From: the human T2T-CHM13v2.0 reference genome, Homo sapiens | DNA: 64,000 nt | NCBI RefSeq assembly: GCF_009914755.1 | Contig: NC_060925.1 | Strand: one strand, 5' to 3' | Shown: positions 29,791-51,953 of the stretch, in pieces | How positions within the stretch are numbered: the first letter of the stretch is position 1 | Layout: every line of letters begins with the position of its first letter | Position numbers and translations under genes: made by a program | The notes under the pieces: generated by a model | Told to the model about the DNA's origin: nothing | The model's input: only the letters and a program-made list of their open reading frames with translations | The model's database searches: none

Positions 29791-30957
29791 TCAAAAGGGG
29801 GAAAAGTGTCAGAAATAATAAGTTCCAAGCTCCCTTGGTCTTTCTTGCTCTGTAAACAGCCCCCACCCTTGCTTATTTTGTAACTAGCAAACCTCTATAT
29901 GCCTAGACATGCCCAGACTTGTTCTATAAACTACCCTTCCTGCCTTAGCAACAGTCTCTTCCTCCCCTCCTCTCGCAAACTGCATGTTTATCATAGTTAG
30001 AAAACTTTAAGTCTTAGCCAATTGAGTTAGTTAGATTGTGCAGTCTGACTCCAGCCAATGGCGAGAGGATACAGCAACAGGAGCTGTGTTAGGGATAAAA
30101 ATCTTTATCTCCTTTTTTCGGTGTGCTCTTACGATCGGTCGGTCGGACGCAGGCAGCACCTTTCTGCAGAAGTAAATGTGCCTTCCTGAGAAATCTTCTA
30201 AGTGCTAGTTTTTCTTTACGGCACCAAGCACTTGTTTCTAACAACTGTGTGCCAGAACATGGTGCACCCTAACTCCACAACCCTGACTCCAGGAGGACAG
30301 ACACTCCAGCACTCAGGGCACTTCCAGACCTGGTCCTGTGCCTCTTCAGCCGCTGTTCATTTCTATCCTTTATAATAAATGATAGTTGTTAAGTATAAAT
30401 AGTGTTTTACTGAGTTCTGTGAGTCATTCTAGCAAATTATTGAACCTGAGGGTGGGGCTCATGGCAGCCTCCAAATTTGCAAACTTCTAGTGTCACAATT
30501 GAACTGCATGGTGGGACACCCAGTTGGTGTCAGAGAACTGGTTAGTCTCTGGAAAAACACCATACATTTTGTGTTAGAAAAAAAGAAACAATGTAAAAAA
30601 TGCTAGCAAAGGATAGGGGACTACCCACTATGGGTATGTCCAACACTGAATGGACAGAAAGAAGCAAACAGTTTTTCAGAGGATCCTTTGCATCTTAAGA
30701 CCCTTAAAAATAGAAATGCAAACAGAAAATTCATGAATTTTCTAACTGTTCTTTTCTGCTGGATGCATTGGTTTCTTAACATGTATATATGAAACAACAA
30801 CAACAAAACACTCTTGATTAGGTGATATATTTTTGTCATGTAATTTTTAAGGCAAACTATACTTCCATTTACTATTCTATACTATTGCTCTCTGTCTGAA
30901 CCTGGAAGACATATATTCAAGCTGGTCATCTGCTGAGGCTTTTCATTTAGTCAGGAG

Positions 30958-31399
30958 TGTTAAATAAAATTTACGGGAGGCCAATGTTTTAGACTGAGCT
31001 CCTGCACTAGGCCCTAACATACCAGATCAAACAAGAATGGAGTAGTCACTTGTGCGAGGTGACACATAATCAAACTGAACTTGGAAATGGGCTAGTTTTC
31101 CAAAAAAACAGGAGATTCACAGCAATCAATGACAGGGGATCACTCAAGTTGAGCTGGTATGATAAGGAAGTTCCTTCTGCTTTAATCCTCTAAGGAAAGT
31201 AACTGTGGAATGATCTATCTGAGTTTTGTTCCTTGTTTCTGCTTTCTTCAGCTTTTTCTGCCTATGAAGCCTACCTCCTCTGCTCGGCTCTCTGGGGTAC
31301 CTTTCTGTTTCATAGATGGAATGCTGCCTGATTCATGAATCATTAATAAAAGCTAATTCAATTTTTCAGCTCAATTTGTTAAAATTTTGTTCTTTCACA
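30958..31399 (+). mobile_element. MER4-group ERV1 solo LTR (MER93/MER57F-like)
   Basis: TGTTAAATAAAAT...GACTGAGCTCCTGCACTAGGCC...CA; perfect TSD GGAG (30954-57, 31400-03). Confidence 0.85.
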
Positions 31400-31763
31400 G
31401 GAGGAAGGTAACAAAGTCAATAGTTACAAAGCAGAAGCAAAAAAGGGGAGAAAAGTCAAAACCAAGAAAACTGAAAAAACTATGTAACAATAATTTGCTT
31501 AGCTTAACATGTACTCAAATGCAATTTTACATGTATCAGGAAAATAGTTAAATTATGACAATACTAACTTCTGCATAAGCTGAGGCCTAAATTGATGCAC
31601 TCAGTCTTGGACCATATTGTATTTCTATACACATACATGCTGTTACCAAAGTATTTAGATCTGGCAGGGACCTGAGAGAATGGCTCGACCTAGGAGTAAC
31701 CACTGGCCGAATGCGCTGTTAGAGCACCAGCCAGCCCTGTGCTTTGGGTTGGAGCAAGCTCAC

Positions 31764-31861
31764 CTGAATCACACACAGTAGCAATATCACCTGAGGTTTC
31801 ACTGGCAGAGACAGCTGTGACAGGGCTTTTGTGTCCCGCCAGACTTTGTACATAGCATAAC
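31764..31861 (-). CDS. LYST: LYST coding exon (exon 50), WD40 repeat
   Basis: Acceptor TTTCTTTCAG, donor GTGAGC. 98 nt, [32 protein letters not shown]. Confidence 0.95.
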
Positions 31862-32152
31862 CTGAAAGAAAAAAGACATGAATTTGTATATGATCATTAA
31901 ATATAATTACATTCTCTTATTTTGTAATTCTTCTTCTCAGTCTATGTACCTATTGTACATAAGGCATACATGTTTTCCTATCTGATTGTATGACTTCAAT
32001 AAAATATAATAGGTAATCTTACTACCTTTAAGCATGTGTTTCATGGTTAAAATGATTATAACGTAAAGACATTATTTTGGTTTATCTATTTCATATAGTA
32101 AAAATGGATATATTAAAAATGCTATGTTTGATTTGGAGACCTTCTTCTGTAC

Positions 32153-32292
32153 CTGTTTAAATCCCATATGATGCAGGTTCCGTCTCTGCTCACACTTATC
32201 AGTATACTGTATGGTTTGCAAACAAATAAGCTGGTTATCTCTTCTGTGTGACCATAGAGATGTATTTGAGTCTCCATTTCTATTTCTGATGG
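32153..32292 (-). CDS. LYST: LYST coding exon (exon 49), WD40 repeat
   Basis: Acceptor TTTCAG, donor GTACAG. 140 nt, [46 protein letters not shown](R), a GH...WD repeat. Confidence 0.96.
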
Positions 32293-32846
32293 CTGAAATT
32301 TTAAAATTAAGTATGAGATAAAAACCACAACAAAAAGTACTCTAGTATAGTATCTCAAAAATAAAACAACCAAAGTGACTCAAATGGTCTTCTCAAACAT
32401 ATCATTCTTCAATCCTATTCAGAGTAAAACAAAGAAAGAAATTAAAAAATTTTTAATTCCTCATAATTTCCAGTTATCTGGTTTTCATTTTTGTCTATTC
32501 TTGTCCAATCTTTGTTCAAATATACATGTATTTTTATAGTTGTAATATTGCCACATAAAAATTTCCTATTTTATATTTTACATATTCTCCTATAAGCTTT
32601 TTCTAATCTTGACATTGTCTTCAAAATAATTTTTAATGATGTTATAATATTCTATACAGTTAGTACCCCACAATTTACAACTATCCTTCATTGATAGACA
32701 CTTAAAATTGTTTCTATTTTTTTCAAATTATAGATAATACCATAAATTCTTCATGTATAAAAGGTTTTTAGTAGATTAGAGGGCAGACCTTTGGGAAATA
32801 AATAATTAAAGTTTTTTAAGAAGAAATACTTCTGTAAAAAAAAAAT

Positions 32847-32968
32847 TCTGGGCATGGTGGCTCATGCCTGTAATCCCAGCACTTTGGGAGGCCGAGGCAG
32901 GCAGATCATGAGGTCAGGAGGTCGAGACCAGCCTGGCCAACATGGTGAAACCCTGTCTCTGCTAAAAT
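32847..32968 (+). mobile_element. Alu left monomer
   Basis: Alu sequence stops at the middle A-tract. Confidence 0.9.
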
Positions 32969-33119
32969 TTCCAAAATTTTCCTAGTGGGTTTGTGAATAT
33001 TAATAATTTTATAGTTCTTGACAGTGTACTTTCAGAAGGTGTCATGCAAATTGGTGATGTTACCAACGGTAATGGGCCCTAATGCTACCGATACTCAGCA
33101 GTTATGGCTTGACTTTCTA

Positions 33120-33830
33120 AATCAAAGCTTGCAAACTGGTGCTCTGAGGGCCACACTGGCTCACGGATACCAGATGTCCACACAGGGTTTGACTCTTGCT
33201 TTGTTAGGTTAACTATTATCATAAAGCATTTCAATATTTCCCCTTCAAAAATATAGAAAAGTAGAAAGAATAAGTATAATAAAGAGCTATATACTGACTA
33301 CCCAGTTAAACAAATCTTAACATTTTATATTATCAATTTATTTTTTAAATAAAGCATTAAACATTGTACATATAATTTGTGTACTGTTCTACATCCTATT
33401 TCTTCTGTCTTGTCAGAAGTTACTACTAGCCTAAATTTTGTATTTATACTCCTATGTAAGTTTTTATACTTCCATTATGTTACTATAGCCATAAACAACA
33501 TACTGTATAATACATATAAGTATTATATTGTATTTCATGTTTATGAATTCTGAATATATGGTATTATTTTTTAGGTATCTTCTGCATCTTACCTTTTCTC
33601 AAAAACACCATTGTTTTTGAAATATATCTGTGTTGATATATTAGGTACAGCTATCTATCTTAGCTGCTATGTAGTCCAGTTACATATTTTTATAGACATA
33701 AAAATACATATTTTACACTTAAAGAATCAAAAGACCAGGCAATACCAGGCTCACATTATTCCTTGTAACAACTGGCTTGAGCTGTGTAGCAACTGCCTGT
33801 TTAGCTAGGGCGTGTGACCTTCACCTGAAA
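33120..33830. mobile_element. MER102-like hAT element split by an L1ME-like fragment
   Basis: GCTTGCAAACTGG..GGGCC at ~33127 and AACAACTGGCTTGAGCTG.GTAGC at ~33766. Confidence 0.45.
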
Positions 33831-34924
33831 ACAATCACAGCGACCAGATCAGCTTTTAACAACAGCAAGAGTAGTAAGCCTGGATCCCTGGGCCCTCCCT
33901 TTAGAGCCATTCTGGCTCTCAGATTGTGACACTCTCCACAGCCAGGAGTCTGCAGAGCCACTGGGATATACCCATAACCCATTTCAGATCATGCTTTGAG
34001 GTATGTAGGACCAAGGAATTCCCTGCTCTAAAGGACCTGAGCCCCTTCCTTTTCTGCTTGGGTTCTGCAGCATTGAGTTTGTGATTTGGCCCCACTCTAA
34101 ATCTTTGAAAATTTCCTAAGTTTCAAGTGGCAATCAAGGTTGCTTTAAATGATATTTATTTTATTATAACTTTTAACTTTTTCATAAATTTATTTTCTTA
34201 GCTGTATTTTTTTGTGCCTGGTTTTGTGTATTTGTCACTACATTATAACATTTACTTGTAGGAATTCCTCTATTTGTGGAACAGAATGCAAGTAACTTCC
34301 TTGTTTCTGCCAGATGACACCCACTACCACACCAGCCTGGGGCCACCTTAACGCAAAGTGAAGTCTTTGAGGATCCTAGACAAACCAGGGAATTCCAGGG
34401 TTCTCCCATGCAACTCATTTTCATTCTGAGAGAGCAGAATGAAAGGGACCAGCCTTTTGGAGGCGGGCTCTCTTGGCACTCCCCAGCTTGCTTAGTTCCT
34501 GGGTGCCGTTTTCCATTTCTTCCACAGAGGCTGTCCAAGGACAGTGTCAGTGTTTCAGGATTGATAGTGTCCTCAGGGCTAAAGCTCCTTCCTGCTTATT
34601 TACCTCTCTGGCTTGGTAGTTTCTTACTAGCTTGTCAGATCTTCAATGCTTTTAAGGCTCTCTCTCTCTCTCTCTATAAATATCTATGTATACACACACA
34701 CACACACACAACTAAGACTGAATAAAAATATATTTTATCATTATATGTTTACATTATATTAAAATATATACTTATAAGTTATATTAAAACATGGATATAT
34801 TTTATAAAGATATATTTTTGTATATATATTTTATCCACTCTTCATCGTTTCAGGGGAGGATTATTCTGAACAACTTTTTTAAGAAACAGTAAATCTCTTG
34901 TTGGCCATCGGCCATGATCATAGT

Positions 34925-35573
<649 letters not shown>

Positions 35574-35624
35574 TACAAGTGATTTTCATATTACAGAGAG
35601 AGACAGGTAATGTGGAGGGCAACC

Positions 35625-36310
35625 CATACATTTATTCATCCAACAAACATTGTTGAGTGTCCCCTACTGTGTGCCTGTCACTGAACCAGGAGCTGGGGAT
35701 ACAGAGTTCCCCTCTGGCAGCTCCATGGCAGTAAGGAGTGAGGGCTACCAAAGATGATTTTCACAAAGAACTCCGGGGACCCACAGATAAGTCGCTTCCT
35801 CAGACTGGGGACAGGGAGTGAAAGGAGGATTCCCTGGAAGACGGCATATGAACTGAAGTTTTGAAGAACTGGCAGAATTTACTCAAAGAAAAATGGCTGT
35901 CAAAGGGCACTCTGGGCTAAGAAGACAGCATGTGTGAGGGAAAGGAGATATGAAAGAAAGTGGCACTGCCAATGTTACTGGGAGCAGGGTAGGTAGGGAG
36001 CAGGAAGAAACGTGGTGGTGAGGTAGAGGGGGCAGTGAGGCAGAGAGGGGTCAGAGCACGGGGCCTGGTGTGTGATGCCTAGCAACCTACATTTTATCCC
36101 CGAAGCAATAAAGGGTCACTGAAGTGTCTGGGGCAGGACTAATGTGATGCAGTCGGCATTTTAGGAAGGCCATCATAGAGCCTACAAGGAGACTCAACTT
36201 CCAGGGACATGAGACTGGTGGCCAGGACACCAGTGAGAAGGTCAACATAGGGACCCAGGCAGGATGCAAAGGAATGAGCTGGGGCAATGGTCAGGGGGAC
36301 ATCTGGAGGA
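35625..36310 (-). mobile_element. L2 fragment
   Basis: ATTCATCCAACAAACATTGTTGAG..CTACTGTGTGCC is the antisense L2 3' end. Confidence 0.75.
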
Positions 36311-36589
36311 GACAGGTTTGACTCATTTCTATTTATCCTGCCAAGAATTGCTGTGATTCTTTAATCCAAAATGTAGGTTTTAATTGTAGGAAAATCTCAG
36401 TCATCATCTCTTCACACTGGGCCTTTCTTCCTTCTCTCATCCTGTAACTACTCATCACATTTGGATGCTCTCATTCTAGCCCTCATATCCCTTCTTTCCT
36501 CATTTTTTTTCTTTATCTTTCTATTTTATATTCTGTGTAATTTTTTTCAGTTCATTAATTCTGTAATCTGCTGCTTGACTAGCTGTTCC

Positions 36590-37440
<851 letters not shown>

Positions 37441-39314
37441 ATTATGTCATTTCTAGAAGTTCTATTTTATTTTTTTCCACACATGCTTTGTTTTTCTTCA
37501 GTGTCCCAATTTTAAACAGAACAACTATCTCCAATTCACTGAGTACAGATTAGTGAGTTACTTCAACATCAAAACTAAAATGAGGTTAGCGTTCTACTTG
37601 ATAAGTTACAAGTTTGGTCTCCTTGGGCCAATATTTTCCTAAAGTTTTAGGTCATTCTCCTACTGACCACAGTCAATCCCATTCATTATTGTAAAAAATA
37701 TGTCAGAAGAAACATAGAGTACAGATTTATTGACCTATTCTCCACCTTTTACTCTGTGAAATGAGTAACAGTTATGGGTAAACACAACATAGGGGTCCTA
37801 ATAGTAGTATTTGATAATTTTTTAATAAACTCTGCACTTTGAAATAACTGCAAAGGCTAATATTACTAGACAATTCACTGATGGGTCAGAAAATAACTTC
37901 CAGCGGGTCGAGCAGGTCTCTTGTGCTGGCACCTTCTTTTAAATATTGTTCTTGAATGAAGTAATACTACCTTGTATAAGCTGCACACATATTCTTCTGC
38001 CACTCTCAAGTTAGATAACAGATATATAGGTGTTCACTTATACGAAGATGATGTGGACACGTTACTTACTTCGTGACAGAATAACCCGACAGCAACTATT
38101 TTAAAATCAGTTATCACATTTAGAAGATATTCTCCTCTAACATTTAAATGGCTTATAGGTTACAATCCCATATAACGAGTCAACTTATTCATCATTACCT
38201 AGAATGCATTTTAGAAGACTTTTATCTTGGGTGCTTCAACAGAAACTTACGGTGCTCAAAGTTAGATATGCTTACTAGCTAAGGAAGGCATTTCCTAAGA
38301 TCCCCTTGAAAGTATTTTCAAACAAGGATTTGGCCACATCCTATGTGGCACTTGGTTGGGGGGCCCATCTTTTGTCTGTGTTAAAGACAATCCAAAGGAG
38401 AACATGAACACTTTTAAAACCATGCATTCAGTGGGTCAGGAAAGCTGAAGAACAGAAACCAGTGAACATGAGGTGTCTCCTGCTAACCTCACAAGCTCAG
38501 GGTCAGAACCACAACCTTAGAGATGCCAGAATAGCAACACGATCCCTGGGAAAAAGCAACAACAATGTCTACAAATACCCAAGTAATCTCCCAACAAAAC
38601 AAACTGATAAAACTACACTACTAAGTTAGATTTTTTGGCACTGTTAAATAGTAACTATTAATCTCATGATTTGATTACCTAATACTTAGGTGGAAAAAAA
38701 ATCCTATAAAAATTAGCTGAAAAATCTGCTTTAAGGCAAATATATAACTGAGGACAGCTAAGCAACATAAGCCTTCACAAGTGTGTCATGACCTCAAAAC
38801 TAAAAGAAATGTATGTCTTGCAGTATTTAAATTGTAATAGCTATGCTCTTGATCTGCTTCCTCAAAGCTATCCTGTGCACAAATACTCCTATAGTGACAG
38901 CTTAACCTTTTTTTTTTAAACCTGTACTGCACACTGTGTTAGTGCACAATTAAAAATGGAGAAGTAGGGAAAACTAAGAACAAGGCTGTTCAAAGTGTTG
39001 GCAAAAGCAAAAGGAAATAAAAAGCAAAAGATAAAGCCAGGTTTTAAAAAAGGTGTCCATGTCATGGTGCAAAATGATCCAAGTGCACAAGCTGACAACT
39101 GCCCTAGCAGCAGGGTTTAGAATCGATTTGTAGGGGAAGTCAGAAAGGGGAGCTCAGAAGATTAAAGGTAATGGCAGTGTGAATATTACAGATGTTATAA
39201 AATTAACATTCATTTTAAGCCTTTGGGAATCAAAAGGTGATAAAAAGGAGACATTCAAAAAGTTATGACACTTATATTCTCTGCTTATAACCTTTTTTAA
39301 AAACAATTTCAGTC

Positions 39315-41091
<1,777 letters not shown>

Positions 41092-41623
41092 TTAAAAGAA
41101 GCATTGCATAATCTGTCTTATTTTTTCCCGTTTTATGATTCAACTCCAAAATCCTGGGAGTTCAGTGAATGGCTGAAAAATAATAAAATTTCTTCCAGTA
41201 AGTGGTACAAATCCAGACAGACTACTTAGATTTGGCTGTCACTTAGTTTACCCAGAGGTTATCGGAATGTTGGACATTAGGGTTTCTAAGCTTTCAAACT
41301 GATAGACTCTTACGGTATACTCCTAAGGATTCAGGTTGCTATCGCAAATACAGGTAAGCACCAAAATGTCATTTAAAAGCCTAAATACAAAACAGATCTA
41401 ACTCAAAATACCGTCTCTGAAAAAAAATGGGACTACTACAATTGTTTTCAAGATTTTTCATGATTCTAATAAACCCTAAAGCATTTTAAGACCTAATGTA
41501 GGGAGAAGATTAAGGTATAAACATTTTAAGTTAATCTTATGCAAAGTGAATTATACTTCATAAAGGCTTTCTTCCCCTCATTGACAAAGTCCCATACTAC
41601 CCACACAGAAGCCCAGAACCTAC

Positions 41624-41722
41624 CGTGCTGCTTGTAAATCTGTTTGTGTAGGCTGTGATGACACCGCATTTGCTTCCAGTAAACAGCTGGCAACTGTCAG
41701 GCACCCAAGCACAACTAGTCAC
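41624..41722 (-). CDS. LYST: LYST coding exon (exon 48), WD40 region
   Basis: Acceptor TTTCAAAG, donor GTAGGT. 99 nt, [33 protein letters not shown]. Not in the ORF track; read by hand. Confidence 0.95.
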
Positions 41723-42670
41723 CTTTGAAAAAGGACCAATCAAAGATTATCATGTTTTAAAAGAATGAAACTTAAAGTATAATAAAAATAAAATAAAAGA
41801 ATGAAAAATACTTCTACTTTTCTGACAACTATTTTTTTTAACTCTCAAAAATGTTAGGTAAACATTTCTTGAAACAGAAACGTGTCAGATATAGTAATAT
41901 TCCGTAACTTTGAGCCAAATGTCTAAATGTTGTTTCCAAATTAAAATATATTATAATGCATAGTCTATGTCTATACGTGCCTGTGTGTGGATATATGTGT
42001 ATATATATTTAGATAAATTTAACAAAATGATTCAGGATTGATTAAATCCAAGGTTGAGTGTGAATGTATGTGTACTTCACATATTTATTTGCTTTTTGCT
42101 TTTATTTTCCTCGTTTTATGTCTTTGGTGGGGAAACAGGTACATGTAAACAGAGGTATTGCTTCTAATAGTTCTAAAGATTGTTAAGCAGGGGAAGAAAG
42201 AAGATAAATGTGAATGTAAAAGATGGGATTATGCCTTTGGTACAAAATCCCTCAGTCCTAACCATGGAGGCACCACTCAGGTTTGAGTCAGTTTTCTATG
42301 TGGCCTGACAGGTCCTCTTTTCCATGCTAGCTGACCCCCACCCTGAGCACCATGTCCGCAGCAACTGTCCCCAACTGCTCTCCTGTCCCACCTCCCCCAC
42401 ACTCACTTCACTAAGCAGATGGAGACCCCCAGCTGCACACCTCTTCCTCTCCTCTCCTCTGCACCTCAACATGTTTCCCTGTCTTCTGATTCAGAGAAAG
42501 AAATGTCTGCTTTCAAGGTCAGCCTTGCCTCATCCTCAGGCTTCCTCAGAAACCTTGTTTTCTTTTTCTTACAGTTTCAAGCTGTCTCTTGCTGGCTTCC
42601 CCCCTTGCACTACAAGTGTGTTCACGTCTCTGCTACCTTAGAAAATGACTTTCTCTGATCTTTATTCTTC

Positions 42671-43935
<1,265 letters not shown>

Positions 43936-43964
43936 TACAAATAATTTTGCAATGTTTAAATTCT

Positions 43965-44510
43965 TTTATATACATGAAATATTATTCAGCCTTTAAAAAG
44001 ATGGAAATCCTGTTATTTGTGATAACACAAATGACCCTGGGGGACACTGTATTAAGTAAAATCTGCCAGGCACAGAAAGACAAATACTGTATGATCCTGC
44101 TCCTATGTGGAATCTAAAAAAAGCTGAACTACAGAGAGTAGAGTAGCAGTAGCCAGGGGCTGAGAGTGCTGGTAATGTGTGTGGAATGGAGAGATGGTGG
44201 TCAAAGGGTACAGGTTTCAGTTGTGCAGGATGATTACGTTCTGGAGATCTAACGTAGAGGATGGTGACTACTGTTAATAATACTGTGTTGTATTCTTGAA
44301 ATTTGCTAAGATAGTAGATCTTAAATATTCTCATCACACACGTAAAAAATGCTAACTATGTGAGGTGACGAATGTGTTAATTAGCCTGACTGTAGTAATC
44401 ATTTCACAATGTATATATACATGTATTAAAACATCACATTGTATACCTTAAATATATACCATTTTATTTGTCAATTTTATCCCAATAAAGCTAGAAAAAA
44501 ATAAAAATAA
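43965..44510 (+). mobile_element. L1M 3' end
   Basis: GAAATATTATTCAGCCTTTAAAAAG...CTTGAAATTTGCTAAGA...CAATAAAGCT plus A-rich tail. Confidence 0.88.
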
Positions 44511-45470
44511 GAATTTTAAACAACTTTATTCAAGCTTTGGATCTGCTAAACTAACAAGTCAATTTACTTGGCAAAAACAATTTGACTAAATGCTTGTCTT
44601 TGTACTGGTGAAAATAAATTAGTGAATCGGAAAGCATCTTTAAAGTTATTTGTTCATCTTTGTCCTCTCTTCACACCACATCAATCTAATGTAACAGTAC
44701 CCAACTCTTAAATAGAAGGAATGCCTAGTAATTAAAGGTGTAAAGAATTTGATTGAAAGCTTATGTTATATCTTTAACATTGCGTTGAAAACATTCAATT
44801 AATACTGATGATGATTTCATTTTTCTTCACTTTTCATTGGAAAGTCAAGATGTTTGTAAATACAGATTACTGATGACAGCAATGAGTTAAATCTGCTCAT
44901 AAATTTGTGTCAGTGTATTTTGACAGGTAGAATGTATTGTATATCTAACTCCCACTGTACATATTTGTCTGTTTTTCCCAATTTATAATAATCCCAAAAA
45001 GGGTGCAGTAAGGGACATACTGATTCTATAATATGTTTTTGTGTTTTCATTTATTTTGTAGACTCATTTCCAATTTAGTTATACTACAAGCTTTGCCATG
45101 ATTTATGGTTATAACTTGTTTGTGTTTGGATATATATATTTCTATCTGCATACAAAGGCTCTGGTTAATGCAGCCTGATGTTTCAAAACTAAAAAAAAAA
45201 TCTTATTAAAGTTCCTAGTAAAGTTGTTTTTCACTGTCTCTTTATTCTTACTTCTGTCAGTTTCCTGGTAAGCTATATAACAAATGGTGGCAATATTTTG
45301 GTCAGGGATATTGAGGGTTATGCAAACAAGGCACTGCTCCTCTTGCTTTCACTGCTAAACATTCCCCTAAGTAGCTTCCTCCATTTCTAAAGAGCTCAGG
45401 GAATGGGATACATTTTAGGACACATGATAAGGCAGCAGGTGTTATGCAGGTAATGGAAATCAGAGGATGA

Positions 45471-48023
<2,553 letters not shown>

Positions 48024-48032
48024 AGTGTTTAC

Positions 48033-48169
48033 CTGGTACTGTTGTGAACTTTGAATAAAGTTTACTGGAGGCTCACTTTGTTTACTCTTCAACCTTAAAA
48101 TATTATCAGCATATCCCCAGCTCAGGATGGCTGACCACTGAATGTCCGTACTGTTCATGCTTCTCACAC
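48033..48169 (-). CDS. LYST: LYST coding exon (exon 47)
   Basis: Acceptor TTCTCCTTGAG, donor CAG|GTAAAC. 137 nt, (G)[45 protein letters not shown]. Confidence 0.96.
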
Positions 48170-48562
48170 CTCAAGGAGAAGGAGAAAGAAAAGTATCAGA
48201 TTGTCACTGCTCGACTGTTACATGACAGCCCAAAACTGGCAGATTAAAGGGTGAAGTTTACATAGCAGAACATATCATTTGGTACAAGACCATCTTTAAA
48301 TCTCTAAAATGGAACAATTTTTTAGTTTTATTCCTTTAATGCTAACAGGGTTCTCAGGGTGGGATTATATTTTTTCACTTGTGTTGTTTTGACTGGGATT
48401 TGTTTGACTCAGAACTAAAATTTCTGTTAAGAAATTATTATAAAAGACAGTAATAGTGAAGCTTACTCTATTCATGTTCTGAGACACCTTTTCTTTTAAA
48501 AATAAATATGAACTAGATACTATTTAACTTTCTAGATACCCAGGATAGACAACTGTTAGTAG

Positions 48563-50615
<2,053 letters not shown>

Positions 50616-51763
50616 TACTGTACTCTAATTTTTTAAAGGTAAATAATTCACACATGTTGGTACTTTGGTATTATTAGTAAATTACTTGTAAATTGCCTCA
50701 TAACTAATTGTAACATACTAGTAAGAATGAACCATTGATAACACAATAATTATGATTAAACAGTTCTACCCTATCCTATTAACTCACTAAACATAGATAA
50801 AACGGTATGCATCCTCTCTTATTTCTAACAACTATAAAACAATCATTCATTTCATGACAGAAATAAGAGTGAGCCTAAAAGAACTATGGCCCAGCTAGCA
50901 TACCTAATTTCTTTAAGTGACTGATGTTTTCTCTGGGTGCTGGCACCTTTGTATTGCAGGTTGGGTGGAAGGCTATATATGGCTCCCAAAGAGCACAGTG
51001 CACAGAAGGTAATGGTAATTGCCAGCAGTGCTGGCTGCTAACAGGCATCTAGTCCACACACTGGCTTTTAGGCAAGTCTGCATTTAACCTGATATAAACA
51101 GATGAGTGCCCTAGGTCATTCATTTTGGTGCCCCATGTCCACAGTAAGTAGGAAGAGTTCTTTTGTTTCTAGTGAAATGGCTAATTTGGAATGGCTGAGG
51201 GACTGCTCAAATGCAAAATGTCCCTAGTTTTCCAGTGTCTAGTTGACATTTAGAAACATGAAGAGGCCTCTACTGCACAGCACTTTCCCACATGTTGCTT
51301 TTAGTGAGTCAGTATGTGGGGAGTCAGAAAAGGATTGGTTTTCAGGAATACGTGTCTTTAAAACCTATTTTCAAGGCTATCTCGACATCCTTGTTGTGTT
51401 TGTTGCTTAAACCCATGACTATACCTTCTGAGATGGTAGATTTGTTGGTCAAATACGTCTGTCTATTCTGGGGCTCAACAGCCTCAAAGTGTACATTTCT
51501 GCCAAATCGATAACATCTTCATTTTGTGAACATAACCATCTATTCTTGTCCCCTTCAAGTTCCTCCTCTCATTTCAAATAGCACTGCATTTAACTCTCTG
51601 TTTTTTCATGTAGCATGTTTTCATTCCTACTTTGCACTAAATAACCACAAATTTGAGCTGAGTTTTTCCACCAAGGACTCAAAGTAGCAGCACAGATGAG
51701 CTAGAAATACTCAAATCTCATGAAAGATATATCCAGAATGATCTTCGTTACATTTTATTTTAC

Positions 51764-51953
51764 CTTGTTCCTTGCTATATGTCATCAGAAGACAGAAATT
51801 CCGTGACAAACCACAGATTGCTCTGGTGGGCAGAGCCTGGAGAGAGCCAAATCTTTCTCCGTGGGGCTGGCTGAAGCAGACCACAGGTACTGGAGCACTG
51901 GGGGAACCCACGTATTCCCCCCATTTCAAGCCTTTTATCCATGACAAAGGACT
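51764..51953 (-). CDS. LYST: LYST coding exon (exon 46)
   Basis: Acceptor ATTTTAG, donor GTAAAA. 190 nt, [21 protein letters not shown]...TYSKEQ(G); phase matches both neighbours. Confidence 0.96.

Larger units (their letters stand above)
24676..30243 (+). mobile_element. Defective ERV1 provirus (MER84/MER83-like): 5'LTR 24676-25118, 3'LTR 29807-30243
   Basis: Two ~440-bp TG...CA direct repeats; TSD ACTA/ACTG; tRNA-Pro-like PBS TGGGGGCACATCTGGGAT at 25122-25139; PPT AAAAGGGGGAAAAG at 29793-29806; gag, pol and env remnants. Family name is tentative. Confidence 0.9.
23731..30580 (+). mobile_element. MER21-type LTR split into three pieces (23731-23950, 24573-24675, 30244-30580)
   Basis: MER21 motifs GGTCTTTGTCCCTGGTTCCTGG, GCTAATGAGATGACT and CTGAGTTCTGTGAGTCATTCTAGCAAATTATTGAACC; collinear once the two insertions are removed. 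Confidence 0.8.
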
